From IMG/VR virus record IMGVR_UViG_3300014680_000032: DNA of 64,000 bases; one strand, given 5' to 3'. Made by a program: the position numbers and the translations under genes. The stretch is from an uncultured virus (IMG/VR IMGVR_UViG_3300014680_000032) (lineage: Duplodnaviria; Heunggongvirae; Uroviricota; Caudoviricetes). The notes beneath the pieces are model-generated. The model had not been told where the DNA came from, searched no databases, and was given only the letters and a program-made list of their open reading frames with translations. Positions 1-9,039 of the stretch are shown here, piece after piece; the stretch's first letter is position 1, and each line of letters opens with the position of its first letter.

Positions 1-77
1 ACTATGATAAGATTAACCCGTTAGGTCAGGTGGCCTAACTTAAATAAAAAGGTCTCCGGCAAACCCGGTATGGTTCA
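1..77 (+). mobile_element. Right end of an IS3-family insertion sequence (ISAba2-like): transposase C-terminus and right inverted repeat
   Basis: Frame 3..38 reads YDKINPLGQVA*. Positions 51..77 reverse-complement to TGAACCATACCGGGTTTGCCGGAGACC, an IS3-type TG...CA terminal repeat. Confidence 0.8.
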
Positions 78-258
78 TATCTTTATTTAAAGGCTGAACA
101 TATAGTGCATCTTTATAGATAGATTGTTCTATCTGAGGAGTAACTGCATATAGAAGACCTGTAAATGCCGCAATAAATATAAATGGGGCAATAAAAATAC
201 CAGCGTAAATATGTACGAGACGGAAAAGACTGCGCCAAAAGCTAGGGGTGTTAGGCAT
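78..258 (-). pseudogene. PepSY-associated TM helix protein, 5' fragment interrupted by the IS
   Basis: FRLVHIYAGIFIAPF...TGLLY is the typical PepSY-TM N-terminus. The frame enters the IS repeat at 77 and stops at 40. Confidence 0.8.
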
Positions 259-805
259 TTTGAGAAGTATCGAACAAACTTTGGCGTGAAGTATATCTAC
301 TTTTAAATAAAGTTACCCATTGTTTAATTATCTATAGCCAAACTTTTCACATAAAAGCCTTTTAATAAATTGATTATCTAGACCTAAAAATTGAAGAAGT
401 GAGATTAAAATTTGATTAAAGATTGATAGTGATAGCTTTATGCTTTGTATTTTAAAAAGCAATAAAGCTATTAGTTTTTTATCTAGATGATAGAATTGCG
501 CCGGTCAGTAAATTGATGTGTATTCTTACTTAATATGCAATTGATGATGCATCCTTTTGTGGTTGTGTGTGTAGATTGTTGAGTTGCGAGTAAGGCTAAT
601 GTAGATATACATACAATTATCTGAAATTCTAACTTATTGAAGATATAAGGTTTATCAGTTGCTCCCATCACTTACAATTCAAACCAGACTCGGTGGATTT
701 TACTTTTTTTATAATACGCCTGTGGTTTTTGTATTTTTATTAAAGTGAATTAAAACAAAGGTTTATTGTTAGAAAATGACGTATTTTATGGTTAACTAAA
801 AACGC

Positions 806-825
806 TTGTAGACTATTTGTAGACT
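806..825 (+). repeat. Tandem TTGTAGACT direct repeat, putative integrase arm-type sites
   Basis: TTGTAGACTATTTGTAGACT lies just upstream of int. Confidence 0.45.
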
Positions 826-872
826 GTTGAGAAACATGGTTAAATCAAAGTTCGCTAAAACAGGTTTAAGAC

Positions 873-2135
873 ATGAAACTCAACAAATCTACTGTTGATG
901 CTATTCCATTAACTGAAAAAGGTCAAAAAATATATAGAGATGCAGAACTGATCGGTTTTGCTGTTCGGGTAACTAATAAAAGTAAAACCTATATTGTTGA
1001 AAGGAGGCATGAAGGTGAACTCTATCGAGTGACAATTGGTAAAACCACCGATATTCCTGCAACAAATGCTCGAGCAAAAGCTCAGATGATTCTGGCGAAA
1101 ATTTCAAACAATGAATATGAAAAGCCTATCAAATTAAAGAATGTTGCTAATCCTTTAGATATTACAGTGAATGAAGCTCTTCAAATTTATATTGATAGAA
1201 ATGACTTTAGGCCGAAAACAATTAGGCAATACCATAAATACTTTGATTTATATTTAGGGTGGGGCAACAAAAAGCTTTTCCAGATATCTAAGCAAGAAGT
1301 ATTGGATCGATTTATTGAGGTATCAGAAGTAAGTGAGTCGTCAGCAAATGGTGCTGTATCTCTTTTAGGTACTTTATGGAAGTATATTCATGTTCTTTAT
1401 TCAACAGATGAGAACCCGATCCTTAAAAGTAATCCAGTTGACATTATTTCCGTAACAAGAGGTTGGAATAAAATAGCAAGTAGGGATAGACATCTCCATA
1501 AAGACATCATTCACAAATATTACAATGCGGTGCTTCATTATGAAGATGAGTTGAATCTGGAAAATACTGCTAGGTCAAACACGCATCGGGATATCGTATT
1601 GATGTGCATGTATACGGGATGCCGTAAACAGGAGGCATGTTGTCTAAAGTGGGCTGATGTAGATATTAAAAATGGTACCTTAACTTTTAGAGATACCAAA
1701 AATGGTTCAGATCATACTTTTCCTATTGGTGATCATCTACACAGTATTTTGCGTGAACGTTGGTTATTAAGAGAAAACGATTGGGTTTTCCCAGCTACTA
1801 AGATGCCTACTTCGTGGAATATGCATGCAACTAAGGTAGATACATTATTGAATAGAGTGGGTAAGGAAGTTGACTATTACGTTTCAATGCATGATTTCCG
1901 TCGTACATTTGCCACTATATGCAACCTTTTAAGATTTAATATTTATGTGACAAAAAGACTTCTTAATCACACGGCTAAACCAAGAATTGATGTGACAGGT
2001 GGTTATGTTCAAATTCCAGATGAGGAATTAAGAGCTTCGATGAATATGATTGAGGCGGTTTATCAAGGAAAGATTGATTGCTTCAACTACCAATCTGTTT
2101 GGACAGAAAGATTAAAAGAAATAAAGGCGGTTTAA
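873..2135 (+). CDS. int: Tyrosine integrase with N-terminal arm-binding domain
   Basis: Catalytic motifs TGCRKQE, HDFRRTF and LNH...T..Y; N-terminus DAELIGFAVRV...GK. Confidence 0.95.
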   Translation: MKLNKSTVDAIPLTEKGQKIYRDAELIGFAVRVTNKSKTYIVERRHEGELYRVTIGKTTDIPATNARAKAQMILAKISNNEYEKPIKLKNVANPLDITVNEALQIYIDRNDFRPKTIRQYHKYFDLYLGWGNKKLFQISKQEVLDRFIEVSEVSESSANGAVSLLGTLWKYIHVLYSTDENPILKSNPVDIISVTRGWNKIASRDRHLHKDIIHKYYNAVLHYEDELNLENTARSNTHRDIVLMCMYTGCRKQEACCLKWADVDIKNGTLTFRDTKNGSDHTFPIGDHLHSILRERWLLRENDWVFPATKMPTSWNMHATKVDTLLNRVGKEVDYYVSMHDFRRTFATICNLLRFNIYVTKRLLNHTAKPRIDVTGGYVQIPDEELRASMNMIEAVYQGKIDCFNYQSVWTERLKEIKAV

Positions 2136-2143
2136 CCGCCTTA
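2123..2143. terminator. Bidirectional hairpin between the convergent int and xis-like genes
   Basis: AAGGCGG-TTTAA-CCGCCTT inverted repeat. Confidence 0.6.
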
Positions 2144-2410
2144 AACTGTTGCAAGCTGTGCTGTATTAAGCACAGTCTTGCTTTGCTCATACTTCAAAAC
2201 GTCTTTCTTTTTATATGAAACACGTCTCCCAATTTTCGAGAAAGGCAGTGATGATTGATCACAACGCATTCTAGCTAATGTCCAAGGCGAGCAATCTAAA
2301 TAAAGTGCCACAACTTCTTGAGGAAACTTCTGTTCTTCATTAGCCATTATGAAGCGATCCAAATATTCTTGTTGCTCTGCATCAGATAGATTTCTCAGAT
2401 CTTTTAACAT
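2141..2410 (-). CDS. Excisionase-like HTH protein
   Basis: VALYLDCSPWTLARMR...PFSKIGRRVSY is a MerR/HTH_17-like motif; the gene is adjacent to int. Confidence 0.75.
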   Translation of the reverse strand: MLKDLRNLSDAEQQEYLDRFIMANEEQKFPQEVVALYLDCSPWTLARMRCDQSSLPFSKIGRRVSYKKKDVLKYEQSKTVLNTAQLATV

Positions 2411-2893
2411 TTACCCCTCCTTACTTTCCGCTTTCATAAAAGTAATCCAATGTGTATTGCTGCGCTTTCCACTAATGTGGCCAAACAATGGCTTTTGATC
2501 TGTTAGCTCTAAGATTTCACTAACTTTGATCTGTGTTTCATTCCATTTGAAAATTAAAACTCCACCTTTCACTAAAACACGGAAGCATTCCGAAAAACCT
2601 TTTTGTATATCCTCACGCCAATCCTGTGACAATTTTCCATATTTGGCAGCTAACCAACTTTTCTTTCCAGCTTGCACAAGATGGGGAGGGTCAAAAACGA
2701 CTAAAGAAAATTGCTCATCGTTAAAAGGCATTTTGCGAAAGTCCATTAATACATCTGGTTCAATCACTAAGGTACGACCATCACATAATGTATGTTCTTC
2801 TTTTCGAATATCTCCATACACTACATTTGGGTTGTTTCGATCAAACCACATCATCTTTGAACCGCAGCATGGATCTAAAATTTGTGCATTCAT
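2411..2893 (-). CDS. SAM-dependent DNA methyltransferase (amino-MTase type)
   Basis: ILDPCCGS motif I and FDPPH catalytic motif. Confidence 0.85.
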   Translation of the reverse strand: MNAQILDPCCGSKMMWFDRNNPNVVYGDIRKEEHTLCDGRTLVIEPDVLMDFRKMPFNDEQFSLVVFDPPHLVQAGKKSWLAAKYGKLSQDWREDIQKGFSECFRVLVKGGVLIFKWNETQIKVSEILELTDQKPLFGHISGKRSNTHWITFMKAESKEG

Positions 2894-3276
2894 CCCTCAG
2901 CTCCCGATTCGCTAACACCCAACTTAATGCAACCTTCCTCAGGTAAATCAGCATACCAACAGTAGTATCCTTCACTGTCATAACCATCTTGGAGCCATTT
3001 GATGGTCATTTCAGTTTCCATCTGGAATTGATCTTTCTCACCATCAGGGGCTCCAAAATCAAAGGCATCTTTCAGTTCGGCGCAGGTTAAAGTTACTGCT
3101 CGTGTTTCAGGTAATGCTACTTCCTGAACTTTGGCTTTTATCTGCCATAAATCCCAACCTAGCTGTGACTTTGAATTTGTATACTCTCCGCCTTCAAATT
3201 CAAGTTCACGCTGTTTACCACCAACACTCAAATAAGCTTCTTCAAATGCCACTCTTTCCTTATTCAAATCTATCAT
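2890..3276 (-). CDS. Phage hypothetical protein
   Basis: ORF overlapping its neighbours in the leftward early operon. Confidence 0.7.
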   Translation of the reverse strand: MIDLNKERVAFEEAYLSVGGKQRELEFEGGEYTNSKSQLGWDLWQIKAKVQEVALPETRAVTLTCAELKDAFDFGAPDGEKDQFQMETEMTIKWLQDGYDSEGYYCWYADLPEEGCIKLGVSESGAEG

Positions 3277-3569
3277 CCGCCTTCACCCAAAAAAGTTGTC
3301 TCTAACCACCAGTTTTTGTTGTCTTGAAGATATTTTTCATGGTCTTCTTTGCTTCCTTGCCACTCCTCAAAAGTAATAGCATCAGCAATGCATTGACCGA
3401 CTGTTGGAAAAGCTTGTAAGGCTTCTTTCTTAAGTCGGTAAACAAGCTGTTTACCAATTTTTTGAGTAGGTACCGGATGTAAAATGGGGCTAGATTCAGG
3501 TTCTTCAGGAATATTTACGCACCATAAAGTCGGAGTAATTTCTGTATTAACATCTTTCATATAGGTCAT
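3273..3569 (-). CDS. Phage hypothetical protein
   Basis: Coupled ORF in the leftward operon. Confidence 0.7.
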   Translation of the reverse strand: MTYMKDVNTEITPTLWCVNIPEEPESSPILHPVPTQKIGKQLVYRLKKEALQAFPTVGQCIADAITFEEWQGSKEDHEKYLQDNKNWWLETTFLGEGG

Positions 3570-3931
3570 CCAATAATTGAAAATTTATAATTTTTCAGAT
3601 TGATAGCAGTCATTTTTTGGCAGTGTTGACACTTAGTACGAGCCCGCTTTTTGAGCTCATCAAGATCTTCTTTAATCTGCTTTTTCTGCTCTGTTATCTG
3701 AGTTTGTTGTCTTGACCAATATTTCAAAGTATCTTTAATCCAGATTACGGGATTAACTTTTGCCTTGCATTTCATACAAATAAGTTCTAAAGCCTTGCTA
3801 TCAATTTCGACTTGTATATGCTGGCACTTACGTAGGTTAGAGCTTGGAAAATTAACAATATTTTCCTCCATATTTAGAACAATATGGTCTTGAAAGGGAT
3901 AGTTCATGTTCCCTTTATATTCCTGTTCCAT
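3566..3931 (-). CDS. Phage protein with zinc-binding CxxC motifs
   Basis: CQH, CMKC and CQHC motifs plus a coiled coil. Confidence 0.7.
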   Translation of the reverse strand: MEQEYKGNMNYPFQDHIVLNMEENIVNFPSSNLRKCQHIQVEIDSKALELICMKCKAKVNPVIWIKDTLKYWSRQQTQITEQKKQIKEDLDELKKRARTKCQHCQKMTAINLKNYKFSIIG

Positions 3932-4222
3932 TTACGCCACCAACTGATAACTTCTTTGATTTAATCTTGCTAAACCACGCAAACGTAATTGTTCAATAAA
4001 GTGTTTATCTCTGTTCATCCATGCTCTGCAGAACGAGGCAAATTTCTTTTGGCAAATATCATTCATTGGGAAACCGTATTTTGTTTCATTCATTGATATC
4101 TTTGCTACTTCTTTGCCACGTTTTAAAACCATGAATCCATTTTTATGAGATGGATAAAATCCGTTTTCACACATCCATACTGTGAACGGAAGCGACAAAG
4201 AGTCTGGGATGTTACGCATCAT
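3932..4222 (-). CDS. Phage hypothetical protein
   Basis: Coupled ORF. Confidence 0.65.
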   Translation of the reverse strand: MMRNIPDSLSLPFTVWMCENGFYPSHKNGFMVLKRGKEVAKISMNETKYGFPMNDICQKKFASFCRAWMNRDKHFIEQLRLRGLARLNQRSYQLVA

Positions 4223-4363
4223 TTACATTCTCCAAATAGAATCTTTAAGTTTCGCTTTGAAGAGCAAAGCTTCTGTTTCATTAAGTGAAACATTTAAGAA
4301 AACTTGGGTTCGTTTACCGATCACAGTAAATGTTCTAGTTTTGCTGTTATAAATTTGAATCAT
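4223..4363 (-). CDS. Small phage protein, 46 aa (MIQIYNSKTRTFTVIGKRTQ...), missing from the ORF track
   Basis: Fills the gap exactly, abutting or overlapping both neighbours. Confidence 0.6.
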   Translation of the reverse strand: MIQIYNSKTRTFTVIGKRTQVFLNVSLNETEALLFKAKLKDSIWRM

Positions 4364-5388
4364 TTAGGCGACTCCAATAAAAAGTTACCTTCAACCTCGA
4401 GTTCTTTTCTTCTTTTTACAACCAGCTCCATTAGACGTTCTTGTATACGTTCATCAGCTTCAGAAATATCAATTTCAAGGGCATCTAATGTAGTCAGGTC
4501 CTTTGCTTGTCTGATCTTTTCCCCAATAGAAATATTTTCTTTTGATTGACCAGCAATAATGACTAAGTGTTTATTTAACTCAGTTAAAAAAGATTTTTGA
4601 TCTTCAGAAGCCCAGTCTTTCGTTTCCTCAATAAGACTATTAGCTGCATCTGCAGTTTTAGTTTTCTTTAGCTTTTCAATAAGGCCAGCTAACGGAGACT
4701 CAACCGGTTTGTCATTATGGTAACGAGTCCAATTTTCCTCTTTGATATTGGCCTTCTTCGCAGATTTTTTTGCTTGAGTTGAGTTAGTTTCTTTATCTGC
4801 TTTAGGTTCAATTGGTCCCAAAACGTTTAGAATGTTGTCGTCATCTATACTTGTCAAACCCACTTCACCATTAATAATTGCATTCAGTAGATTTTTAAAC
4901 TCATCACACCAATAAAGTGATTTTACAAATACACGTAACTCACCATAATCATGTGATTTACGATTAATAAATGCTTCAGCAGCTGACCGTGTTAGATGGC
5001 AATTAATATCTTCCCAAAAATATTTACCATGACAAATATAGACGTTGCGTTCGTTCCATTCCGTTAAAATATTAATTTGTGTTGATACTTTGGCATCGAG
5101 GAAAAGCTCATCTTCTTCATCAATAGCCAATCCATTTAAATCATGTTTTTCTGCAGCTTTTAGTGAATCAAAAAACTCTTCAACTGATTTATATTTTGAT
5201 TCCTGATCTACATCTACAATATTCGTAATTTCAACTGAATCGCTTGCAGGGTCTAAACCCCACACAATATTTTTTGATTGAACAACGAAAATAGGTGAAT
5301 CTGTACCAGCGTTATCATTTTCCCAAGAATTTTTGAGTTGTTGGGTAAACTCCGCCCATGTTTCAGGCGTAAATAGAGTAGGTTTCAT
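4360..5388 (-). CDS. Phage early protein, multi-domain hypothetical
   Basis: 342-aa ORF in the operon. Confidence 0.75.
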   Translation of the reverse strand: MKPTLFTPETWAEFTQQLKNSWENDNAGTDSPIFVVQSKNIVWGLDPASDSVEITNIVDVDQESKYKSVEEFFDSLKAAEKHDLNGLAIDEEDELFLDAKVSTQINILTEWNERNVYICHGKYFWEDINCHLTRSAAEAFINRKSHDYGELRVFVKSLYWCDEFKNLLNAIINGEVGLTSIDDDNILNVLGPIEPKADKETNSTQAKKSAKKANIKEENWTRYHNDKPVESPLAGLIEKLKKTKTADAANSLIEETKDWASEDQKSFLTELNKHLVIIAGQSKENISIGEKIRQAKDLTTLDALEIDISEADERIQERLMELVVKRRKELEVEGNFLLESPK

Positions 5389-5400
5389 AGTTGCTAACCT

Positions 5401-6081
5401 TTAAATATTTTGAAGCGCTTTACGCAAATGTGGGTCAAGGTCTTCTTTATTCAGTAGCCATGAGATATATGGGCGCGGTAATTCTTTAAGAGGTGTTCCT
5501 TTGTGTTTACCCCAAGTCATTATTTTGGGTAAACGAACTGCTTCAGACATAAGATATAAAGAATTAAGGTCTTTAATTCCCAGTCGTTCAATTAGAGCTA
5601 TAAGGATAATCCCAGTAAAATAAACATCCGCCCGTGCTGAATGTGCATGTCTTAAATGCTTGCGTGCTTCTTCACGGTTACTCATTACGAAATAGTACAG
5701 AACAGCCAATTTATGACTTGTTAAATCAGGCCATACGTCCCTTGCTAAAGCTAAAGTACATATAGTCTTTACCTTAATTGCTGGTCCACATTTATTTAGA
5801 GCTTTTACGTCGTAATCAATATTGTGGCCGACAATGAATTCAACACCTTCGGGTAACCGGAATGTTTCACAACTTGGTTGACCTTCAATATCTGCTTCAA
5901 TGATGTTGTGTACAGCCATAGCTTCTAAATCAATGGGTTCAGGACAAGAATAGAAACGGTTAAAAACCTCATCTTTTTGAACCAATAATTGACCATTCTC
6001 TATGCCAATAGGTGCATAAGCGATTTCGATTGGATAACCATTTAATTTGTTGGTTTCCGTATCTAAAATAATTGCTTTCAT
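5401..6081 (-). CDS. DEDDh 3'-5' exonuclease (exonuclease X-like)
   Basis: ILDTET, GHNIDYD and HSARAD motifs; C-terminal WGKHKG module. Confidence 0.9.
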   Translation of the reverse strand: MKAIILDTETNKLNGYPIEIAYAPIGIENGQLLVQKDEVFNRFYSCPEPIDLEAMAVHNIIEADIEGQPSCETFRLPEGVEFIVGHNIDYDVKALNKCGPAIKVKTICTLALARDVWPDLTSHKLAVLYYFVMSNREEARKHLRHAHSARADVYFTGIILIALIERLGIKDLNSLYLMSEAVRLPKIMTWGKHKGTPLKELPRPYISWLLNKEDLDPHLRKALQNI

Positions 6082-6095
6082 TGATCTCGCACCAT

Positions 6096-6239
6096 TTAAC
6101 TGTTAGGCCAGCAAAAGCCACAGTTGTGACATTCCCATTGAGCACCAGAGCCAGAATGACTAACACCTAAAGTGCATTTGTCATTAGTACATCTTGGACA
6201 GGTACCATAAATCACACGAAAAGATTTAATAGCTAACAT
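6096..6239 (-). CDS. Small zinc-ribbon protein, 47 aa, missing from the ORF track
   Basis: MLAIKSFRVIYGTCPRCTNDKCTLGVSHSGSGAQWECHNCGFCWPNS has two CxxC pairs and an upstream GGGA RBS. Confidence 0.65.
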   Translation of the reverse strand: MLAIKSFRVIYGTCPRCTNDKCTLGVSHSGSGAQWECHNCGFCWPNS

Positions 6240-6251
6240 AAATATCCCCAA

Positions 6252-6623
6252 CTAGCGTGTACCAAGAAAGCCACGACGAATTTTGTAGGCTTTCCGATCA
6301 GGGGAAGGGATGTGCGTTTTTTGAAGAATTTGACCTAATTCACGTCCTCTACGATATTTAATTTCGGTTTCTAGATTTCTTAAAATCCACTCGTTTGTAT
6401 TTAATGTATATTGTGAAACAGGAGTTAATTCATTGTTTTCATTAACCGTATAAACACGAGTTAAAGTGTGATTTGCAGCATAAACTGTATAGCCAAGACG
6501 GACTTCGTATAAACCACGTTCTTCATCCTTCCCTACGAATTCACGGAAAGTTGATTTATGGTTTACTTGACCATTCAGATTATTTTCGTAACGTTTAGAT
6601 CCTCGTAAATAGTTTGTTCTCAT
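6252..6623 (-). CDS. Phage hypothetical protein
   Basis: ORF in the operon. Confidence 0.7.
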   Translation of the reverse strand: MRTNYLRGSKRYENNLNGQVNHKSTFREFVGKDEERGLYEVRLGYTVYAANHTLTRVYTVNENNELTPVSQYTLNTNEWILRNLETEIKYRRGRELGQILQKTHIPSPDRKAYKIRRGFLGTR

Positions 6624-6949
6624 TGTGCACCACCTAATTTAACTACATGTACTTGAACATCAACAGGTTCGCCTGAGTTAAATTGTTGTTGCCAATGTTG
6701 AGTCTTCTGCTCACGCACTTGAGCCTCTGCATCACATGCATAAAGGAAAGCAATAGCTAATGCACTAAATATAAGGAAGCATAAAACATACGGCCATTTA
6801 CTATCTTTTTTAAACTTTAGATCCTCTGCTGATGGATGCTGATAAAGTTTAGAAGTAGCTGGTTTATTTGTTTTATTCCCGCTAAGTTCAGGCACGAAAC
6901 AAATAGGTGTAGATGGGGCAGATTGACTGTTTATATATTTCTGATTCAT
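6620..6949 (-). CDS. Single-TM phage protein
   Basis: Hydrophobic stretch WPYVLCFLIFSALAIAFLYAC. Confidence 0.7.
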   Translation of the reverse strand: MNQKYINSQSAPSTPICFVPELSGNKTNKPATSKLYQHPSAEDLKFKKDSKWPYVLCFLIFSALAIAFLYACDAEAQVREQKTQHWQQQFNSGEPVDVQVHVVKLGGAQ

Positions 6950-6971
6950 AATAATTTGCCTTTATACGTAC

Positions 6972-7023
6972 AGTATTGGTAGAAAAAGCCTCGATAGCCG
7001 TCCAAAGTCATTGAGGCTTTTTC
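6972..7023. repeat. Conserved-loop hairpin repeat, copy 1
   Basis: AGTATTGGTAGAAAAAGCCTCGATAGCCGTCCAAAGTCATTGAGGCTTTTT. Confidence 0.75.
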
Positions 7024-7268
7024 ATTTGTGTTAGCTCAGCATTTACAGACATTTGCGAAGGTTTATATCTGTACTTCAAGCCGTTTTTATTAATGCGCTC
7101 TTCATCAATTAAATTTTTCGCATTAATATTTGTGATTTCCATGTCCTTCCAATTTGGAAAGTCTTTACTTGAACATTGAATAACACGACCACAAGCCATA
7201 GCTCGTAACGCCTCCGAAACGCTAATCAAGCCTTGTTCGTCTATAACTTTGTCTTTGTAGTGATCCAT
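7008..7268 (-). CDS. Phage hypothetical protein flanked by the two repeats
   Basis: 86-aa ORF with an AGGTG RBS. Confidence 0.65.
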   Translation of the reverse strand: MDHYKDKVIDEQGLISVSEALRAMACGRVIQCSSKDFPNWKDMEITNINAKNLIDEERINKNGLKYRYKPSQMSVNAELTQMKKPQ

Positions 7269-7294
7269 GAGAATTCACCTTTTGACGTTTATGT

Positions 7295-7348
7295 AGTATT
7301 GGTTGAAAAAAGCCCCGATAGCCGTCCAAAGTTTTCAGGGCTTTTTTT
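7295..7348. repeat. Conserved-loop hairpin repeat, copy 2
   Basis: AGTATTGGTTGAAAAAAGCCCCGATAGCCGTCCAAAGTTTTCAGGGCTTTTTT. Confidence 0.75.
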
Positions 7349-7353
7349 ATTTC

Positions 7354-8157
7354 TTAAGATTTAAATGACCCAATTCGTACAGGGTTTTCAGGAAGTAAAG
7401 CTATTACTTCTTCTTTGAAATCTTCAATAATTTCATTACGTAATAACTCTTCTTTGACAATTTGAATGGCAAACTGAGGTGTGCTGCCAGAGCTATTCAC
7501 AATTAAACGTAATTTGATTTCTCGTTCTGCAAGACCTAAGTAAGCTGAATCTTGGATGGTGAAATAAGCCGGTAATACGCCTTTTTTAGCAGATGCTGCA
7601 ATTTGGGCCATTTCAGATTGAACCTGACGTGTGTTTTCTACTTCAGCGTTACTAGTAGTCGATGCTTCAATTTGCATATTTCGTACTGCAACAAGGGCAT
7701 CTTTAATATCAATGACATTATGATTTTCATCAAATGCATTAAGTACTTGAGCCCAATCTTCAATGAAAACAGCAAAGTTGCGTTGATCTAATTTATTGTC
7801 TTTAAGTTGATTTAATTTTTTCCACACCACAGTTGATTCTAGGCATAGAGAAGCTAAATAGTCACAATGCCCTTGGGTTTGTCCTTCACCATGGAAGTTA
7901 AGAACTGCAATAGCTTTTACGTCATTTTGATTAACAAAAATTGGTGTATCTTTACCGCCTTCTGCAATTACAAAATCCTTAAAGTCATTAAATGTTGGTG
8001 TAGTAAATTCCCCATGAGGACGGAAGCGAGCTTCCATAAATTTTTCAGCAGCTACAACACTATAGTCATGATGCAAAGCTACAAGCTGACCACGCTCAAG
8101 TTGAATTACAGGTTTAGCTAAACCTAGAAATTTTTCGATTTCGATTTTTTCAGACAT
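7354..8157 (-). CDS. DUF2303 (YfdQ-like) protein
   Basis: RFRPHGEFTT, AVLNFH...GHCD and FAVFIEDW motifs; paired with a YfdP-like gene. Confidence 0.8.
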   Translation of the reverse strand: MSEKIEIEKFLGLAKPVIQLERGQLVALHHDYSVVAAEKFMEARFRPHGEFTTPTFNDFKDFVIAEGGKDTPIFVNQNDVKAIAVLNFHGEGQTQGHCDYLASLCLESTVVWKKLNQLKDNKLDQRNFAVFIEDWAQVLNAFDENHNVIDIKDALVAVRNMQIEASTTSNAEVENTRQVQSEMAQIAASAKKGVLPAYFTIQDSAYLGLAEREIKLRLIVNSSGSTPQFAIQIVKEELLRNEIIEDFKEEVIALLPENPVRIGSFKS

Positions 8158-8196
8158 GAAGGTCTTTCCTTTAGTTGAGTAAAAAGATTTTAAAAA

Positions 8197-8529
8197 TTAA
8201 GCTTTTTCTTCAAAAAGCTGGTCAGTGTGTTTAGCAAAAAGCGATACATCACCACGTGTGTTTACATACATAGGTGTTTTGTCACCGTGTTCTTCGACAC
8301 TTTTACCTTTTGGGAGTGGGGCATTTGAAATTAGTTTGTGCTCTACAGTTACGTTGTTGTGACCAACGCCTTTAGAGAACTTTAATTTAATTGTGATCTC
8401 GCCGACTTTTTGTGTATCAACAGCAGCACTTGCAACCTTACTAACTGCATAGCCAAGTTGTTTTGCAAAGGCACCGCCATCGATGTCATTAATAAATTCT
8501 TCGCAATCTGTAGAGCGTAATGTACTCAT
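8197..8529 (-). CDS. YfdP-like protein, partner of DUF2303
   Basis: FINDIDGGAF...VA.AAVDT.K.GEITIKL...TPMYVN..G.VSLF. Confidence 0.75.
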   Translation of the reverse strand: MSTLRSTDCEEFINDIDGGAFAKQLGYAVSKVASAAVDTQKVGEITIKLKFSKGVGHNNVTVEHKLISNAPLPKGKSVEEHGDKTPMYVNTRGDVSLFAKHTDQLFEEKA

Positions 8530-8564
8530 TATTTATTCACCATGAGATGTGTTGGTGAATTAAT

Positions 8565-8614
8565 TATTCATCAATGAATAGAATTATTCAACTAGTAATT
8601 ATTCATCAATGAAT
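8565..8614. promoter_or_regulatory. OL-like operators ATTCAT-NN-ATGAAT
   Basis: TATTCATCAATGAATA (8565-8580) and ATTCATCAATGAAT (8601-8614) upstream of the leftward operon. Confidence 0.75.
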
Positions 8615-8666
8615 TAATTGTTTATTATTTGATCTAAAATTATCCATTTGGATTATTCTAATTATA

Positions 8667-8694
8667 AAAAAACCCAGCTTTTTGCTGAGTTTTT
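8667..8694 (-). terminator. Terminator of the cI operon
   Basis: AAAAAACCCAGC-TTTTT-GCTGAGTTTTT. Confidence 0.55.
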
Positions 8695-8740
8695 AGGCAT
8701 TCATTACAATTTAACTACTTTAGTTTACGTCCAGAATTAT

Positions 8741-9028
8741 TTAACTATCCATTAATGAATTTTTTGTCATTAAAAGTAGGCGTGCTAATTCATTATTAAA
8801 GCCGCTAAGTGCTTGAAAAACAGTATCTTTAGCTATTTCAGGATTTTCAAAATTATCAAGAATAAAAGCTTGCTCCACTAAAGGATGGTTCTCATCAGCT
8901 ATATTTTTTATATTTAGTAAAATATTAGCTGCTAAATTGGGTTGGCTCTTAATAACTTCCTCAGCAAACACAGTTAAAAAAGTATTAATTCCTTGAAATT
9001 TAAAAATATCTTTATCTGGTTTTTCCAT
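8741..9028 (-). CDS. Hypothetical protein co-transcribed with cI
   Basis: Starts 11 nt after cI with an AGGGG RBS. Confidence 0.7.
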   Translation of the reverse strand: MEKPDKDIFKFQGINTFLTVFAEEVIKSQPNLAANILLNIKNIADENHPLVEQAFILDNFENPEIAKDTVFQALSGFNNELARLLLMTKNSLMDS

Positions 9029-9039
9029 AGTGTTTCCCC

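Noticed and set aside
483..780. ORF 483..671 and a precise attL core
   Set aside because: The ORF has no recognisable features; no tRNA/tmRNA end was recognised, and attR is outside the window, so the core cannot be fixed.
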